Source: Eledone cirrhosa (lineage: Eukaryota). From it: DNA of 64,000 bases. The translations under genes were made by a program, and so were the position numbers. Positions within the stretch are counted from its first letter, which is position 1; every line of letters begins with the position of its first letter. Shown piece by piece: positions 40,619 through 56,505 of this stretch. Under the pieces are notes generated by a model that worked only from the letters and a program-made list of their open reading frames with translations, was not told the origin of the DNA and did not search any database. The DNA lies in contig OZ024743.1 of assembly GCA_964016885.1 (NCBI GenBank), forward strand, positions 60,574,001-60,638,000. Direction: 5' to 3'.

Positions 40619-41190
40619 AGAGTATCGGAACTGTGATCTCGCAATTCGGAGAAGTAGCGGCTCTACTTGGAGTGACTCTCCAATATCCCAGCTGCGCCCT
40701 CTATCGAGTAACGTTACTCCAAAAACCTTTTGGAGGAACCCTGTGTCGGCCGCTTGTATTCACGGTCGTATTCTTTCCTTCATTACCCAAGATTCATAAC
40801 CATATGTAAGGGTTGGCAGGAATACCGAACTGAGGATAGCGAGTTTGGCTTTTACATCTACCTCCCTTCTTCTGATTACCGAATGCTGAAGCTGGCGCAT
40901 TCCTGCAACAGCTCCTGAAATTATTGCACATACTTTAGCCTAATTCCTTCTATAACCCGTGAACACGGCCCCGAGATACTTGAACGTCTCTAGCTACTTC
41001 AGTGAAACTTCATTCTCAGGTAGAGTGCACTGTGTGGGTTTCATAGAGAAGACGAGAGTTTCAATTTTTGGCAGAACTGATTTTCATTCCACCCATGTAG
41101 CATTCGACATCAATCGAGATCGCTTTTTGTTGAGTTAAGTAACACCATTTCGTCTGCCTTTTCCCGCCGACTGATTTTAAACCTGCCAGT
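40612..41190 (-). pseudogene. RTE-clade LINE RT C-terminal region (inverted segment)
   Basis: Minus translation TFKYLG...VFLPTLTYG.ESW...IQAADTGFLQKVFGVTLLDR...EPLLLRIARSQFRYSAH. Confidence 0.85.
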
Positions 41191-41232
41191 TGTGATATCA
41201 CTTCCAACTTAGCTGTGCATGCCAATCCTTTG

Positions 41233-41460
41233 TATGTGGTTAGAATGTCTTAGGAAAGAATGGCTGGACAGATTTTACGGGAAAAACCAACCGGCTGGAG
41301 ACCCAGAGGTAGACTCAGAGCAAGAGAGTTGGATACATACAAGAGCTTGGTTGGTCTAGCTTGGGGAACCAGCCGGATCAGTTGGAGACAGTTCCTTCAG
41401 ACAGGACCCGTTGGAACTAGTGTTTGAGGACTCTGCCCTCACGATCGTCTCCGGTCACTA
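41233..41460 (+). pseudogene. RTE-clade LINE 3' end (non-inverted segment)
   Basis: YVVRMS*ERMAGQILREKPTGWRPRGRLRAR...SDRTRW matches the RTE motif GHVxRM...GxRPRGRP...DRxxW. Confidence 0.85.
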
Positions 41461-41679
41461 GAAAAATTGTCTCTTGTGCTGAAAATATATCCTCATGAGT
41501 TGTGATATCTCACAGCGAATGATATCCTAAATTATTGGAATATAAAAACTGCTTTTTACACAGCGAAACTGCGGTCGGGATTTCGAAGTTAATTAGGTAA
41601 TATTTCATATTGTTTGGTTTTCCTAGTTATGAATTTATACACACACACACACACACAGACACAGACACAGGCAGACACA

Positions 41680-41791
<112 letters not shown>

Positions 41792-42755
41792 TGTGTGTGT
41801 GTGTGTGTCAATACCAAGTAGAATACATTTTATGAAACCATATCACTCCATTGAAGTAACAGTTTATAATTACAATACTACAATGCAGAATGTTATAAGA
41901 TCTGAATGAAAACAGCATACTAGTGAATACCATATCACAGCTAGTATGCTGCATAGCAGCATATCAACCACACCACACCACATCACACCACACCACACTA
42001 CATTACACTACCCCACTTCATACTCCAACCCTGCAGAATAGAAGCATAGAAACTATATTAAGCTACACATCACTGCAACTACATTATCCCAAATCACTCA
42101 CAACTGGTCTATAATAGAATATGAGTGTATTAGGGGAAAATAACTCAGCTATAAATATTTACACATACAGACACTGAGAGACACACACATACATACACAT
42201 AACATCATACACAAATGCGCATACAGTCACTGATGCATATACACACCCGCACAGAGCAGTATAAGTATACATACACGCGCACTTACACACTCACAGAGTC
42301 AAACGTACACATGCAAATAGACACATACAAGTACACATATACGCGCACACATACACATATACACATGCACACACACACTCTCTCACACACATACATACTC
42401 TCAAAGTTAAACGTACACATACAAAAGACACATGCCCATACACACACACTCACATACACACACGTTACTCCTACAACACTAAAACAATTATCACCAGCAG
42501 CTGTTTTGTTTCCGTTTATGCAGAAGAAAATCTTCAGATGTTATTAATATCATCAGAACAGACAATCAGGCCATTAATTTAGATTGAATGAGGCACCTGG
42601 CTAGTTGCTTCCAGAATGGCACTGCAGTGGAAAGGGTGGGGTAATATCGTAAAGGTACATTGAGGGTTTGATCCTGGTTGTGTAGTTGTTATTATTGAGC
42701 ATAAACATAATACATGCATACAGACTCAAATACACACACGCACACACACACACAC

Positions 42756-42832
<77 letters not shown>

Positions 42833-45490
42833 TACACACACACTTAGATATGTATATGTATATATATGATATAATATAGTATATAAGGCGCGTGGCTGAG
42901 AGGTTAGAAAACTGTATTATTTCACTTCTACCTGGATTTGTGACCGATAGATAGCATTACCAATTGGAAAGACCAATGGAAACATTGTTTCCTCGGTCCG
43001 ATTTGACGAAAGTCAATCGACTGTCAATATGTACGTATGTATGTGTGAGGGGGTTTATGTATATGCGCAAATAAATATATAAAAATACATCTCAAAAGAT
43101 ATAGAGCCAGCTACGATCAATATGAGAACACCATTTCTACCAGATTATCATTACTACCAAGGCTATTGACTTCTCCCAGTTGCTGGTCTATGGTCTCACA
43201 ATGAGTATGATTGTGGATTATTTTAGTTAATGATCGCCCCGCTCAGCTATCATTCAACAAATAAATTGCAAGGCAATACTTATGTCCCTGATGTTTGTTT
43301 ATGTACAGTAACTTATGCGCTCGACAAACACAGGTCGATAAAATAAATGCTTTCCATCCTGCCGAAGAAGTGACCGAGTCTTTAGTCATGGAAGCAAAAC
43401 CATTCATATCATATCAGCCATATATAGAAGCAGGGAATTGACTATCTGAGGCTTCGGATTAAAAGCCTTGCTATTTGTTCCGGCTCACTGCGCCCAGCGT
43501 CCAAATCTTTCCAAGGTCAATATTGCATTTACCATTTCGAATTCAATAAATAAATTACCAGTACATTATTTGGGTCGATTCTTCCTCTGCCACACAACTC
43601 TCACACACTTTCTCTCTTTTTCTGGAAGATATTGGCTGTATTCAGAACCGGAGAGGGATGACTCTATGAGATTTTAAATACCGAAGACAGGTTGTGTTTC
43701 AGGGCGGCGCCACAATGACTTTATCATAAATTAAGGGTCATTTCCTTTCATTCCACCACATAAAATATGGTGCTAACATCGCTCGTATGAAGTATAATTA
43801 TCGTTATTGTTATTTCCGAAGAGAGAGAGAACTGAATTGTTAAGATTCAGTACGCTAATATAATAGTAGATCCATATAGATGCTGTACTCTTTAAATTAT
43901 ATTAGCTTTCAACCTGTCTTTCAGATGGTTAATGATGTAATTGTAGCGAAAAGTCTCCTGCTGAGAACATTGTATGAACTGTTGATGCAGTGTAGCGATC
44001 ATTGATCAGTACACCTCGTTGATATACAATAGATTCACAGCTTATCATTTCTCGTCATCTATTAACCACCACCATCATGTCACCACTGTTCAGATCGGAC
44101 ATAATTCATGGAACAGTTGATGGCGTGGGCTTTAAGTCGACAAAAATCAATAATTCCAATTAATATTGAAATAACAATTTCTAAAATGGTATTGAAATTT
44201 CGCGAGTCGTCGCCATTTTCCTATATCCTTTGCTGTTGTCTCTTCTTCTTCTTCTTCTTCTTCTTCTTCTTCTTCTTCTTCTTCTTCTTCTTCTTCTCCC
44301 TCTCCTTCTTCTTCTTGCTGTCTTCATTCACCACCGTTGCCAAAGTTGAGGTTGGTGATTGTGCCATCGTTGTTGTTGTGGTTGTTATTGCTGTTCCCGT
44401 CGTCGTTTTCTTATTATTATTATTGTTGTTCGTTGTCGATGTTATTGCCATTATCATTGATGTGGGTGTTGCTCTTGTTGGAGCCATTTTGTTGTTATTG
44501 TTTCTGATGTTGCAATTGTTTTGTTTTGTTTTGTCGTGTTTTAGTTGTTGTTGCTGTTATACGTGTCGTTTTTCTTGTTATTTTTGCTGTCGTTGTTATT
44601 GGTGTAGCTATTTTTGTGTGACTGTTGTTGTCGTTATTGCCATTGTTGTTTTTGTAAGTCTTATCGTTGTTCTTCCGGAGATATATATTTTGTTGTTTTG
44701 TTTGGCATAACGCAAACATAGGAGGTTTCTATTTAAATCAACGAAACTGTCTTTGCTACAATACACCACTCCTACACAGGGATAGGACACTACTAAAGAC
44801 ATTAGAATTGCTATAAATGCTAGATTGCACATCCTTTGGAAATATATTGTGGTGATCAGGTATTTAATATTATGAAAATTCTATCACAAAGGCTCGTCTC
44901 CTTTCCCGTAGCCTGATTATTTTGTGTATTCAGTGTCACTTTAGCGTATGGCCTACGTGTTAAATTATGGTTCAGTCTATGGTATACCTGGTCATGTGTG
45001 GTTCAGCCTCTGATCGACCTGATCATGTATCTTTCAGCCTGCAGTTTAACTCAGTAGAGACCCCCCTTCGGTCACGAATGACCATGGGCTTTGCAACTAG
45101 AATGTTCCCATCCAAGGCACACTACAAACTTTATAGAGCATTGTAATGGGGAAAATGTTATCAGTTTCAATTTGAAGAGGATACTTATGTAGATGTTTGC
45201 CGATTGCCATATGATATAGACCAATGTATACTTATATCGGTGCTCGTTGATTGACAGGTGAGGATACAGCTGTGAATGTTGTTTGAGAGACCTTTTATAC
45301 AGACAGGAAAATTAAGCGCACATAATATAATCATACAATGAAAGGTTACAAAACCACATAAGATATAATTTTGGTAAATGGGTCATGGCATTACAAATTG
45401 TAGATCTCACGCTAAATTAACACTGATAACCCTTACAACGCCCAGGTATAAACCACGTTGGAGTTCTGCTCACATAGCTTACAAGAGGAT

Positions 45491-45537
<47 letters not shown>

Positions 45538-46860
45538 AGCATCTCAAATTAAATACAAAATAGATCATGTTTCTATGTTGAATACGGGGAGGGAGACCAC
45601 GAAATAGAGGTTACTGCAGTAAGAAGTAATGCATCAAGATATTCATAGAACCAAGACCTATCCTAATGACATGAATCTGGGTGATAGTTTAAGTCTACAG
45701 CTTAAAATAATTACAGTTCGACCAACAGGCTTTCCCTAAATTTCTGCCAACGAAGTTTCTTCCGCAAACCTTAAAAGTCATTGGCTATATGTAGACGCTA
45801 AAACACATGATTAATACATCACGCAATGAAATCGGAATTACGATTTCAAAGGACACTTTTTGAACTACACGTTCATGCATGCACCCATACAAACAGAGTA
45901 ACTAACTGGCATTCTTGTATCCTTTTGGTTGATTAGCAAAGATATCATTAACATACCCACCGCCCGTCAGAAACACGAATCACCTCTCAATATTTCTTCT
46001 AACAGTAAATCAGACTTTCCAATCCAAGCAAACAGTTTATATATGATATGCGCAAGCACAATGATCATTCTCTGTCTTCTTTGTTTCACGATTTCTACCC
46101 AAACATCGTATCAATATTTACCAGATCTTCTCATTCTAGAACATGAACTTACCTTTCCAGCTTGTATCCATCTCACAAGGACTACACTGAAAGACATTGC
46201 CGCCTATGTCACAAGACTGAAGAGTGTCAGGGACGTCACTCTTTACTGTCAAGTATTTGTTATGAAATACGTTACACCTAAGATTTCGTGCTATGTGTCA
46301 AAAACTATCGATTGTGTGGTAGTGGGGCTGTCATGATATATGACTTGGGCAGTTTAAACTTGGCGGAATATATCCCTTTCTACGTCTGGATAGAGGCGAT
46401 TTCTTCTAGATAATGAGTAATGGAAGGGGAGAGAAAATCGAACCCAGTACTGAGCTGTTACTTTATTTTACCTAGCTTGAAAGGATGAAATATAATTGAC
46501 CAAGGATGGGTTTTAACTCAGAGCGTAGAGAACTTGAATTAAAAATGCAAAGTAGGTTATTTGACATTTTTACAACTTTGTCAGTTGAACGCCTGCACTT
46601 CGAATTATTTAACGTATAGTTTGTTTACGATGTCAATTTGATCAACTATTAGTTTCTGTGTTATGATTTATGTTGTTGCTGCCATCGGCTTGTTATTGCT
46701 GTTTGTTCTATACAGTTTGATTCATAATAACATACTACCAAAGTCACCTGCTTCTTTCCTTATGATTATGTCGACACAAGTTCACAAAATTTCCGCATGA
46801 TTATATCGATTTAATTGTTGCTATAAACTTCACGATATTTTACAGTTTTATATAATAATT

Positions 46861-47420
46861 GCTTCTACTTTTGACACAAAGCCAGCAATTATCCCGGTGT
46901 ATTACTGGTGCTTTATTTTATCGACACCGTAAGGATGAAAGGCAAATTAACCTCGGCAGGATTTGAACTGAGAATGTAAAGAGTGATCATGTCCGACACT
47001 CTAACGATACTGCTAATCCACCGCACTTAAACTTTTATATAATAATTGTTTCTATTTTGGGCACAAGGCCAGCAATTATCCAGTACATTACTGGTACTTT
47101 ATTTTATCGACTCCGTAAGGATGAAAGGCAAAGTTAACCTCGGCCGGATTTGAACTCAGATTGTAAAGGGACGTAACTATGCTGGAAAGCATGTCCGACC
47201 CTCCAATAATAATAGCTTCTGATTTTGCACAAAACCAGCAATTTTGAGGGAGGGGAAAATCGATGAAATCGACTCCAGCGCGTGACTGGTACTTTAATTA
47301 ATCTACCCGTAAGGATGAAAGGCAAATCTAACCACAACGGGATTTGAAATCAGAACATAATGTGACGCAACTCTATGCCGAGAAGCATGTTGTCCGATGT
47401 TTTATCGATACTGGCAATCA
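46861..47420 (-). mobile_element. Three stacked family A SINEs; other family A pieces ~13655-13790, 22700-22860, 35300-35410, 36065-36260, 46440-46590, 62050-62130
   Basis: actggt.ctttattttatcgac...aaggatgaaaggcaaa repeated three times; ttttatataataattg duplicated at ~46846 and ~47033. Confidence 0.82.
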
Positions 47421-48420
47421 ACATAATACGTTAGTCTGCTTGGTTTCAGTATATCTATATGGCGAAGATGATGATAGAAATTATTAGGAGAATCATGTGT
47501 GTTCTTCCAGATATTAAGATAAAACCTAAGAAATCATTTGGATGGGGTCACATACCACCCTTTTCCAACTGTGACCAACATGGCTTTAAATGGAGGATTG
47601 CAGTTACAATATATTGACATGAAATATGTCTGTCCTCGTGCAGAAATCAATTCACCTTCCGGGAAACGCAACCAAAGATCACTGAAATATATTTCTTTCA
47701 GATTCTCCGAGAGCTCACAGGTGAAGCCCGGCTAAATATACATCACATTCAAACTACTCAGTACAATGGAGATATATTGGTTTAACGCACAATATAGTAG
47801 GAAAAGATTCTTTCTGTTTCGGACACAACATATAATTATCAGAGTCTTTTGGTAGGTGCACAGAGTTTTATGATGGTATCTGATTAATCATAGCAGATTA
47901 TTCTCGCGTTCGCCTTTAATCTTCAACTTCGAGGATGAAATACATATGCTTATGTGCCCTTGTTTACTTCCGATGCTGAATCAAAAATGTCACACGTCTC
48001 AAGTGACATATCACTTGAGGTTGGTGATGTGTTCTGGGTTTATTGCTGAGACTGTTGCCACATAGATTATAGCAACTGTTTCACCGGCCCCCTCCTGGTG
48101 GGCATATATCTCTCTTCCTACAAGAACACCCGGTTAAATTAGGTAATAGGCGTTTGTTATTTACTATACTTGTGAAGTTGAACATGAAGCTAAAACTGAT
48201 GAAACAACAGTCAAAGCAACAAATCCAGACTGCTCAACCAGCTTTAAGTGATATGTTACGCTCGGAGAGTGGCTGTTGATAGAGACTTATTATATCTACA
48301 CAGCGTCGTTCTGCAGCCGGGAGAAAAGGAACAAACGAAAACTCTCGAGTTATGTGAAAAAGCTGAAAAATGACTCTGTAGCACACACATCAGCTGGAAG
48401 ATTCTAGAGAAATGCAGGAA

Positions 48421-48497
<77 letters not shown>

Positions 48498-48501
<4 letters not shown>

Positions 48502-49675
48502 TTTAGCGAGGTTTTTGATATGAGACCCTCATAGAACTAGACATGAAAGGAATTTGCCCATTATACAGGAGTAAATCATGGAATAGCTAAGATAGGACTA
48601 AACATAAAATAGGTAAAGCCACCTTATGGTACGACAACCAGAGATAACAGAGTGTCATGTTCGTGGACGCTACTCCTGGAGGGAAATTAGCTAACCAGTG
48701 TAGAAAGGCCCTGAGAAAGACCCACTTAAAGATTAAGGTGGTAGAAAAGCCAGGAATTACCATAAAATCCCTGATCAGCAAAACCTACCCTTTTAAGAAA
48801 ACCCACTGTACTAATAAGAAATGTATTATATGTAAAGTAAACCCCCGGTAAACTGTAAAACTAGAAACGTAGTCTATAGCATAAGATGTACAGAGGGTAC
48901 TTGCAGAAACATGACAACAACATACATAGGCGAGACAGGTCGTAGCATAGGTGAAAGGATAGACCAAAACTGAGGGGAACTAAAAGGACGAAAAAACGGT
49001 TTAGTACTATACGAACACGCCAGACAACAACATGACGGTAACATAGACAACATAGAAATTAAAATAATATCTAAACATAGAAATGACCCAGCAGATAGGC
49101 AAATCATAGAGGCCAGTGAAATAGAACTTACAAGGCCAAAGCTAAACAGAAAAATTGAATGGAATAACAACACCCAAACAAACAATACTGACATAAGAGA
49201 AATATAAATAAATAAATAAATAAATACATACACAAGCACAATACCAACAAACACATATAAACACACACTAGTAAACTAAGATAGAATACAATAACCAAAA
49301 CACAGTCACCCAAACACGAACACACATCAAACACTATACACACACGCAAACGCATGCGCAGAGAAGAAGACAAAAATAAATAAATAAATAAACAGATTAA
49401 ATAAAGATGGCGTAGACATACAATATAACAGGAGGAAACAATAGCATCACTGACGATGTTGCAGATCTGCAAGGAAAGAACTTTGTTAGACTATATGTGT
49501 TTATATCTATATTATATCTGTATTTTTGACCGTTGGTCAGTCAATGGTAAACATTGAGGACCGAGTAAATTAACTGATATAAAAGATACAGAAGCGAAAA
49601 CCAATCAAACAGTGAGTGTGTTCTGTTATTAATTCTGGCAATATTATTAAAATAATATGACCCTTCCCAAGTATA
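48498..49675 (+). mobile_element. 5'-truncated, decayed Penelope-like element (GIY-YIG EN + 3' UTR), subfamily 2
   Basis: CPLYRSKSW...WYDNQR*QSVMFVDATPGGKL...CTNKKCIIC...CKTRNVVYSIRC...YIGETGRSIGER...RQIIEA; several stops; TA flanks. Confidence 0.9.
49445..49488 (+). ncRNA. Degenerate hammerhead in PLE 3' UTR
   Basis: catca-CTGACGA-t-gttgc(agatct)gcaag-GAAA-gaa-CTT|tgtt; mismatches in stems I and II. Confidence 0.55.
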
Positions 49676-49922
49676 TATATATACATATGTATGTATGTAT
49701 GTACGTATATATATGCACGTATTGTTCGAATCATATAATTCAAAAACTGTTATATGTGGATATATATGTATATATATATGTGTATATATATATATATATA
49801 TATAGTGACGAAAAATAAGTCAATTGCATGAACTCATAATCCTTTATTTACTGCTATATATATATTTCGATGATAGCCATTGAATGGCTCTGTGCTTATA
49901 GTGTTGATGGTATCAGAGCCTT

Positions 49923-50002
<80 letters not shown>

Positions 50003-50055
50003 AAAATGTATGACCCCGACGGCAGAGCTCAAGCCGTTTCGACGGCTATTTCTGG

Positions 50056-50117
<62 letters not shown>

Positions 50118-50120
<3 letters not shown>

Positions 50121-50493
50121 GTTTGTTGGTTCACCACTGGATAGAACTGGTCATTCCGTATAGTCAATCTCGATGTAATATTATGGAGAGCGATCAAAGT
50201 AATGCAACCCACGTCTTCGTTTGTGTAGTTGGTGGTGCGAGTACGGAGTTAATTATTATAAAATAACAGGAGGCTGGGCTGGTGTAGATCCTTGAAAGGT
50301 TTATTAGATTATGATCATTTCAATGACCGGGTTCAGTATGAATCCGGTGATATCATCAGGTATTCAAAATTCCTTTGTTATATTTTGAATACCTGACGAT
50401 ATCACCGGATTCATACTGAACCGCGTCATTGAAATGATCATAGTATAATAAACCTTTCAAGGATTTACACCAGTCCAGCCTCCTGTTATTTTA

Positions 50494-50498
<5 letters not shown>
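50118..50498. mobile_element. Fold-back (TA)n insert, ~115-bp arms, with HHR-like core
   Basis: Arms 50255-50370 / 50382-50497; CTGACGA at 50393 ... GAAC-cgc-GTC at 50418-50427. Confidence 0.8.
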
Positions 50499-50550
<52 letters not shown>

Positions 50551-50621
50551 AAAATAACAGATTAAAGTTTAAGCAAAGAATCGCTGCTTTCACCCTTAGT
50601 CTTCAAATTTATTATTATTAC

Positions 50622-50720
<99 letters not shown>

Positions 50721-51440
50721 GGGTGTGCGTGTATGTATTTGTAAGTGTATGCCTTTTTTATGTGCATGTATGTTCGTGTGTGTGAGCGCGCGTGTAAGGA
50801 ATGACATACATTCATTTCTGTTTTTATTTTTATCATGAATCACACTTATTGGTTGTGACGATGAAGAACAAAAAACTATTAAAAGCCACATCACATGTAA
50901 TGTACGTAAAGAATAACAAACAACGAAAACAGAGCCTCGTATTTCATTGTTATTAAACCATCTCCAATAAGCATGACATCATCCATTGATTCCTCCATAT
51001 ATATTCAACGGAACCTGCGCAAAATAATTTTATGGACGTGTTAAAAAAAGTATTAGATATTGCTGTTGCAAGAACAGGTTTAATTAATCATTTCCACTCG
51101 GTTTGAGTAAACCAGTGATGTTGACAAATTGTTTTGTGTTTTATTATATAAATCACATACACGACCTTCTATTAATCTCTTTCAAACTCTACCACAGATC
51201 GAATTTCTGTTCCACGCTACTGCTGCATTGTAATACTGGTTTTGTTTTGTTTAGTTTTTTGTTGGTATTGAAAAAGAGCTTTTAACTCAAATTAATCTTG
51301 TCTATATAATTTCAGAAGACAAATGGTGTTAATACTGACCTTGAACACAATAACAAATCTATCGTTGTGTAAATCACTCTTTCGTCTTTACAGATGTGTA
51401 AACAATTTATACCACTGAAGTTTTGATATTTGGGATTCGA

Positions 51441-51517
<77 letters not shown>

Positions 51518-51621
51518 TATATATATATATATATATATATTCTTCCTGCTATATCAAGCGTTAACCTAATATATACCTTCCATATACTGTACCGATTGTG
51601 TTGTTATTTCTGTTTACCTTT

Positions 51622-51733
<112 letters not shown>

Positions 51734-51979
51734 AATTAACTCGAAAATAGAGTTTTGAGACGCGAGTGTATAAGGATTCTCAGAGAGATGGGAAATCTCG
51801 GCGTATGGAAGCTGTTAGAACAGCAAAATACCGTCGAAGCGGCTTTGGGTAAAATATTACCTGGAAGGACAGAGATCAGCGGATAGATGTGAGTTGACTG
51901 GAAGGAAGGGAGAGAAGATAGGAAGGAGGAAAAAGGATGGATGAGGTCACAAACATTACATAATGCTCTTCAGATCTCA

Positions 51980-52015
<36 letters not shown>

Positions 52016-52370
52016 TTTATAAAGTAAGCAGAAATAACAAAACAAACAACACAATACATTGAAGAAATATATTAGTTTAACGCTTTTGTGCACATATATA
52101 CATATTTCTGTGGAATTCTTAGTCATTTACCTGTTAATTACATTAACAGGATATTCTGTTGATCGAACTGGAACGCACATTGCCGAAAGTGACGGAGGTC
52201 TACTACTACTACTACTACTGCTACTGCTACTATTGATGCTACTGCTACTGGTGGTGGTGGAGGGTAGGGGTGCGGGGGTGTTGGTAGTGGTGCTACTATT
52301 AATACTACAAATAATAATAATATTGCTGCTGCTGCTGCTGCTGCTACTAGTAGTGGTGGTGGTGGTGGTG

Positions 52371-52414
<44 letters not shown>

Positions 52415-53482
52415 GTTTTTAGTTTGGTTCCCCCCGAAATATCCCTATCCACAATGACCCCACCAAAATACACCAAAAGGTCAATATGATGTGTAAATTA
52501 TGAAATCTGCATAACAAATTCTTGGGCGTTTAAATAATAGGGGTTTAAGTCACTTCACTACAAGTAACGGGAAATGAAGAATTTTGTTTAAGAACACAGC
52601 ACGCCTCCCAGTACAGGATTCGAACCCACAATGTTATGGACTTAAGTTCATCACACTAACCACTATGTCACATGCGTTCACCTCTAAGTGTTGAACCTCC
52701 GACAGTACCGACGCTGAATATTCCAGCTGATTCGATCAACGCATCAGAGGTTTCGTCAAATTAAAGTGCAAGTGGCTGAGCATTCCACAGACACGTGAAC
52801 CCTTAACAAAGTTCTCATAAAAATTAAGCATCACGCAATGTGTGACAATGTTGGCTCTTTAAATAACAGATAGAACTCACTTTTTCCAGCTAAGTGGGTG
52901 GAGTAACGTGAAATAGTGTTTAGGCATGATCAAGGCGTTTGATATATAATGTTGGAACCGTGCCGACACTACTCATTTAAAACTAGAAAATATATTGTTT
53001 AAACACCCCACAAATTGACTATATTACCAAGTTACTATATTCTCGGACACGTATTTTCAGACAGACCGGAAGACCACCAGTAAAAGACTAGATATAATAA
53101 AACACAAAACTGAAAATATTTGTCTGCTGATAAAAATCTCATTTCAGTTATATATTGCATAGGAAAAAAAGAAAAAAAAAATGAAAGCAAACCAAAATAT
53201 AAAATTATGCTACAAAGCTTCATACTATTTCATTCCGCTCTGTACATCTCTATCACATTCGTTCATACTTCATTTTATATCAATAAGTGTCGATTGCTTG
53301 AAATGAATATTTCATCAACCAATACGTGAAATTGCACCACATAACTGTTATATGGTGATATAAAATATATTATCTCGCTATAACTCAATGTAAAGAAGTG
53401 TGTCATCAGATAATCTTTACAGCCCGTAAAATAATATAATAGCATATGTCTTAGGAAAACTACATCATGATATATATGTATT

Positions 53483-53544
<62 letters not shown>

Positions 53545-53545
53545 A

Positions 53546-53672
<127 letters not shown>

Positions 53673-55049
53673 CATACATATATAAATATATATATGCATG
53701 TATTATATGTGTATGTATATATATGCATGTATTATATATGTATGTATATATATATAATATATATATAATATACATATAATATACATATATAATATACATA
53801 TAATATACATATAGTAAATGCTATGATTTCTGCAGTATTAGATTGCCACCCGTTACATTAACTGTGACATGAATATCTAGATGTTAAGTATATCATCTTG
53901 GAAGTATAAGAATTTCAACTGACAATCTAATCTAAATGATATTTAATCTCTTATAAATACCGACCCTTCACGAGACAACGATAGAGCAGACTAGTCGATA
54001 CTCAATCTGCCAGAAATACCAGCCACATCGCCCTTAGTTCACAAACTAGTCCAAACATATCGGTCGGTTACACGTATACACAGGAAGAAGCATGACTGAA
54101 TAGTTAAAACGGTAATTCGATCCCACAACGCGAGATCTTGGGCAAGTGTATCATTGGATTTGGAAGAACACCCAAGATTTGTGTATATCCCCTGGATGTG
54201 GCCTGGCCCCCTTAGAGTGTAAGTAGTTAAGGGTCGAAGCACGCGCTTGAGAGGTTTTCGTCTCTGAAGACCTTTTGCTGTGCAGCTCCCCTGAAAATTT
54301 CTTCAACTAGTCTCGAATCAACCCACGGCATTTTTAAACGTAAATTTTATGGAAAGTTGTCAGGTGAACTGTAACTGTATTTCAAAGGGCTAACCTTTTC
54401 ATATACTGTTCCACGCTGAATCTCCCTGAGAATAATTATATTAAAGTTGCAAGTATTTGTTGGATGCTCAACCACTCTTACTTTAAACGTACGATCAGGA
54501 TATTCCATTGATCGAACTGTAATTATAATCGTAGAAACTGATGTAGGATCATTCCATTCCACTAGAAAACAAAACAATACATCACTACATAACACTACAA
54601 TATATTACCACAAAACACAACACGGACATTCTGTATTTGTTAAGAAAATACAGGTTCTGGCTATAATCTTGTTAAATCTTCTAAAACATAAATAACAACC
54701 ATAAATATAAACAAGTACAAAGGAAGCTATTTGTGATCTATAAAAAGACGTGGATTTCCTTTGTAATGAATGAAATATATTTGCAAAGTTCATATTGCTT
54801 TTTGTATTTCATATTCATAATATATTTCCATTGAATAAATGTTGTTTGTACGTCAAGCCGCCATAAATACTGTTGCTTCGTAAATTCTATCACATCCGCA
54901 GATACTATAGATTCTTTTTAAAAGGATCGTTCAGAAGAGAAATAGTAGCTTTCATGACTTCTTTTCACGATATTCGGAATACTAAAATACCGCTAATAAA
55001 ATGTCAACTTTAGCAAGTTGTAATTTCAAATTGGATACATTGTACATAC

Positions 55050-55114
<65 letters not shown>

Positions 55115-55121
<7 letters not shown>

Positions 55122-55684
55122 TAAATGGAAACTATATTTATAAAACCATATTTATTTCATTATATATATTTCAAGGATACCAAGTTAAATCATGGTATGC
55201 CTTAATCAGACAAAATACAATATATAACAGTTTTACAAATAGATATTGACGTACCCTTTCAAAAAGGTGACCGTTGTTTTTGGAGGCCATCTTTTCTTTT
55301 TGCTTTCTTCTTTTTCTTTATCTAACTTTCCCTTTCTTTTCTCCACGTTTCTCTCTCTCTCCATCTTTTTACTTACTCTTAACACTATGACTTACTAAAG
55401 TAAACAAACCACTATCCGGATGGCCTCCAAAAACAACGGTCACCTTTTTGAAAGGGTACGTCAATATCTATTTGTAAAACTGTTATATATTGTATTTTGT
55501 CTGATGAAGGCATACCATGATTTAACTTGGTATCCTTGAAATATATATAATGAAATAAATATGGTTTTATAAATATAGTTTCCATTTATTAATATTGTAT
55601 ATCTACTCCAAATATTAGTCGAGTGCTTTATATCAGTTATAATAATATTTGCTTGTTGTATCCCAACAATTTAAATAGAACTTT

Positions 55685-55688
<4 letters not shown>
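55115..55688. mobile_element. Fold-back (TA)n insert, ~176-bp near-perfect arms, with HHR-like core
   Basis: Arms 55115-55290 / 55419-55596; CTGATGA (55501)-agg.atacca...tggtatcct-t-GAAA-tatata. Confidence 0.88.
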
Positions 55689-55767
<79 letters not shown>

Positions 55768-55914
55768 ACTCTTTTACTGGTTTCAGTATATATAATGCGA
55801 TCATGCTAAGGCATGGCTTCAAAAGGATTTTAGTTCGTCATATTGAACCTAATATATACATTTTAAGACCATCACCTAGTTACGGGATATAAACACACAC
55901 ACACACACACCCAT

Positions 55915-56075
<161 letters not shown>

Positions 56076-56085
56076 TATATGTATG

Positions 56086-56157
<72 letters not shown>

Positions 56158-56207
56158 CATATATATATGTATATATATATGTATATATATATATACATAT
56201 ATATATG

Positions 56208-56274
<67 letters not shown>

Positions 56275-56280
<6 letters not shown>

Positions 56281-56505
56281 GCATATCAGTAAGAATCAAG
56301 GCGCGACGGCTCACCTCTTGTCGATTCAACAACTAGTTCTAGACTGTTTGCCAAAAATTGTACAGTTTTTAACTAGTTAGACAATTACTCAAGAGAGTAC
56401 TCGACAGTTGGGATAGTCAGCCGTAGGTTTTTTGGCAAACAGTCTGGAACTAGATGTTGAAACGACAAGAGGTTAGCCGTCGCGCTTTGATCCTTACTGA
56501 TATGC

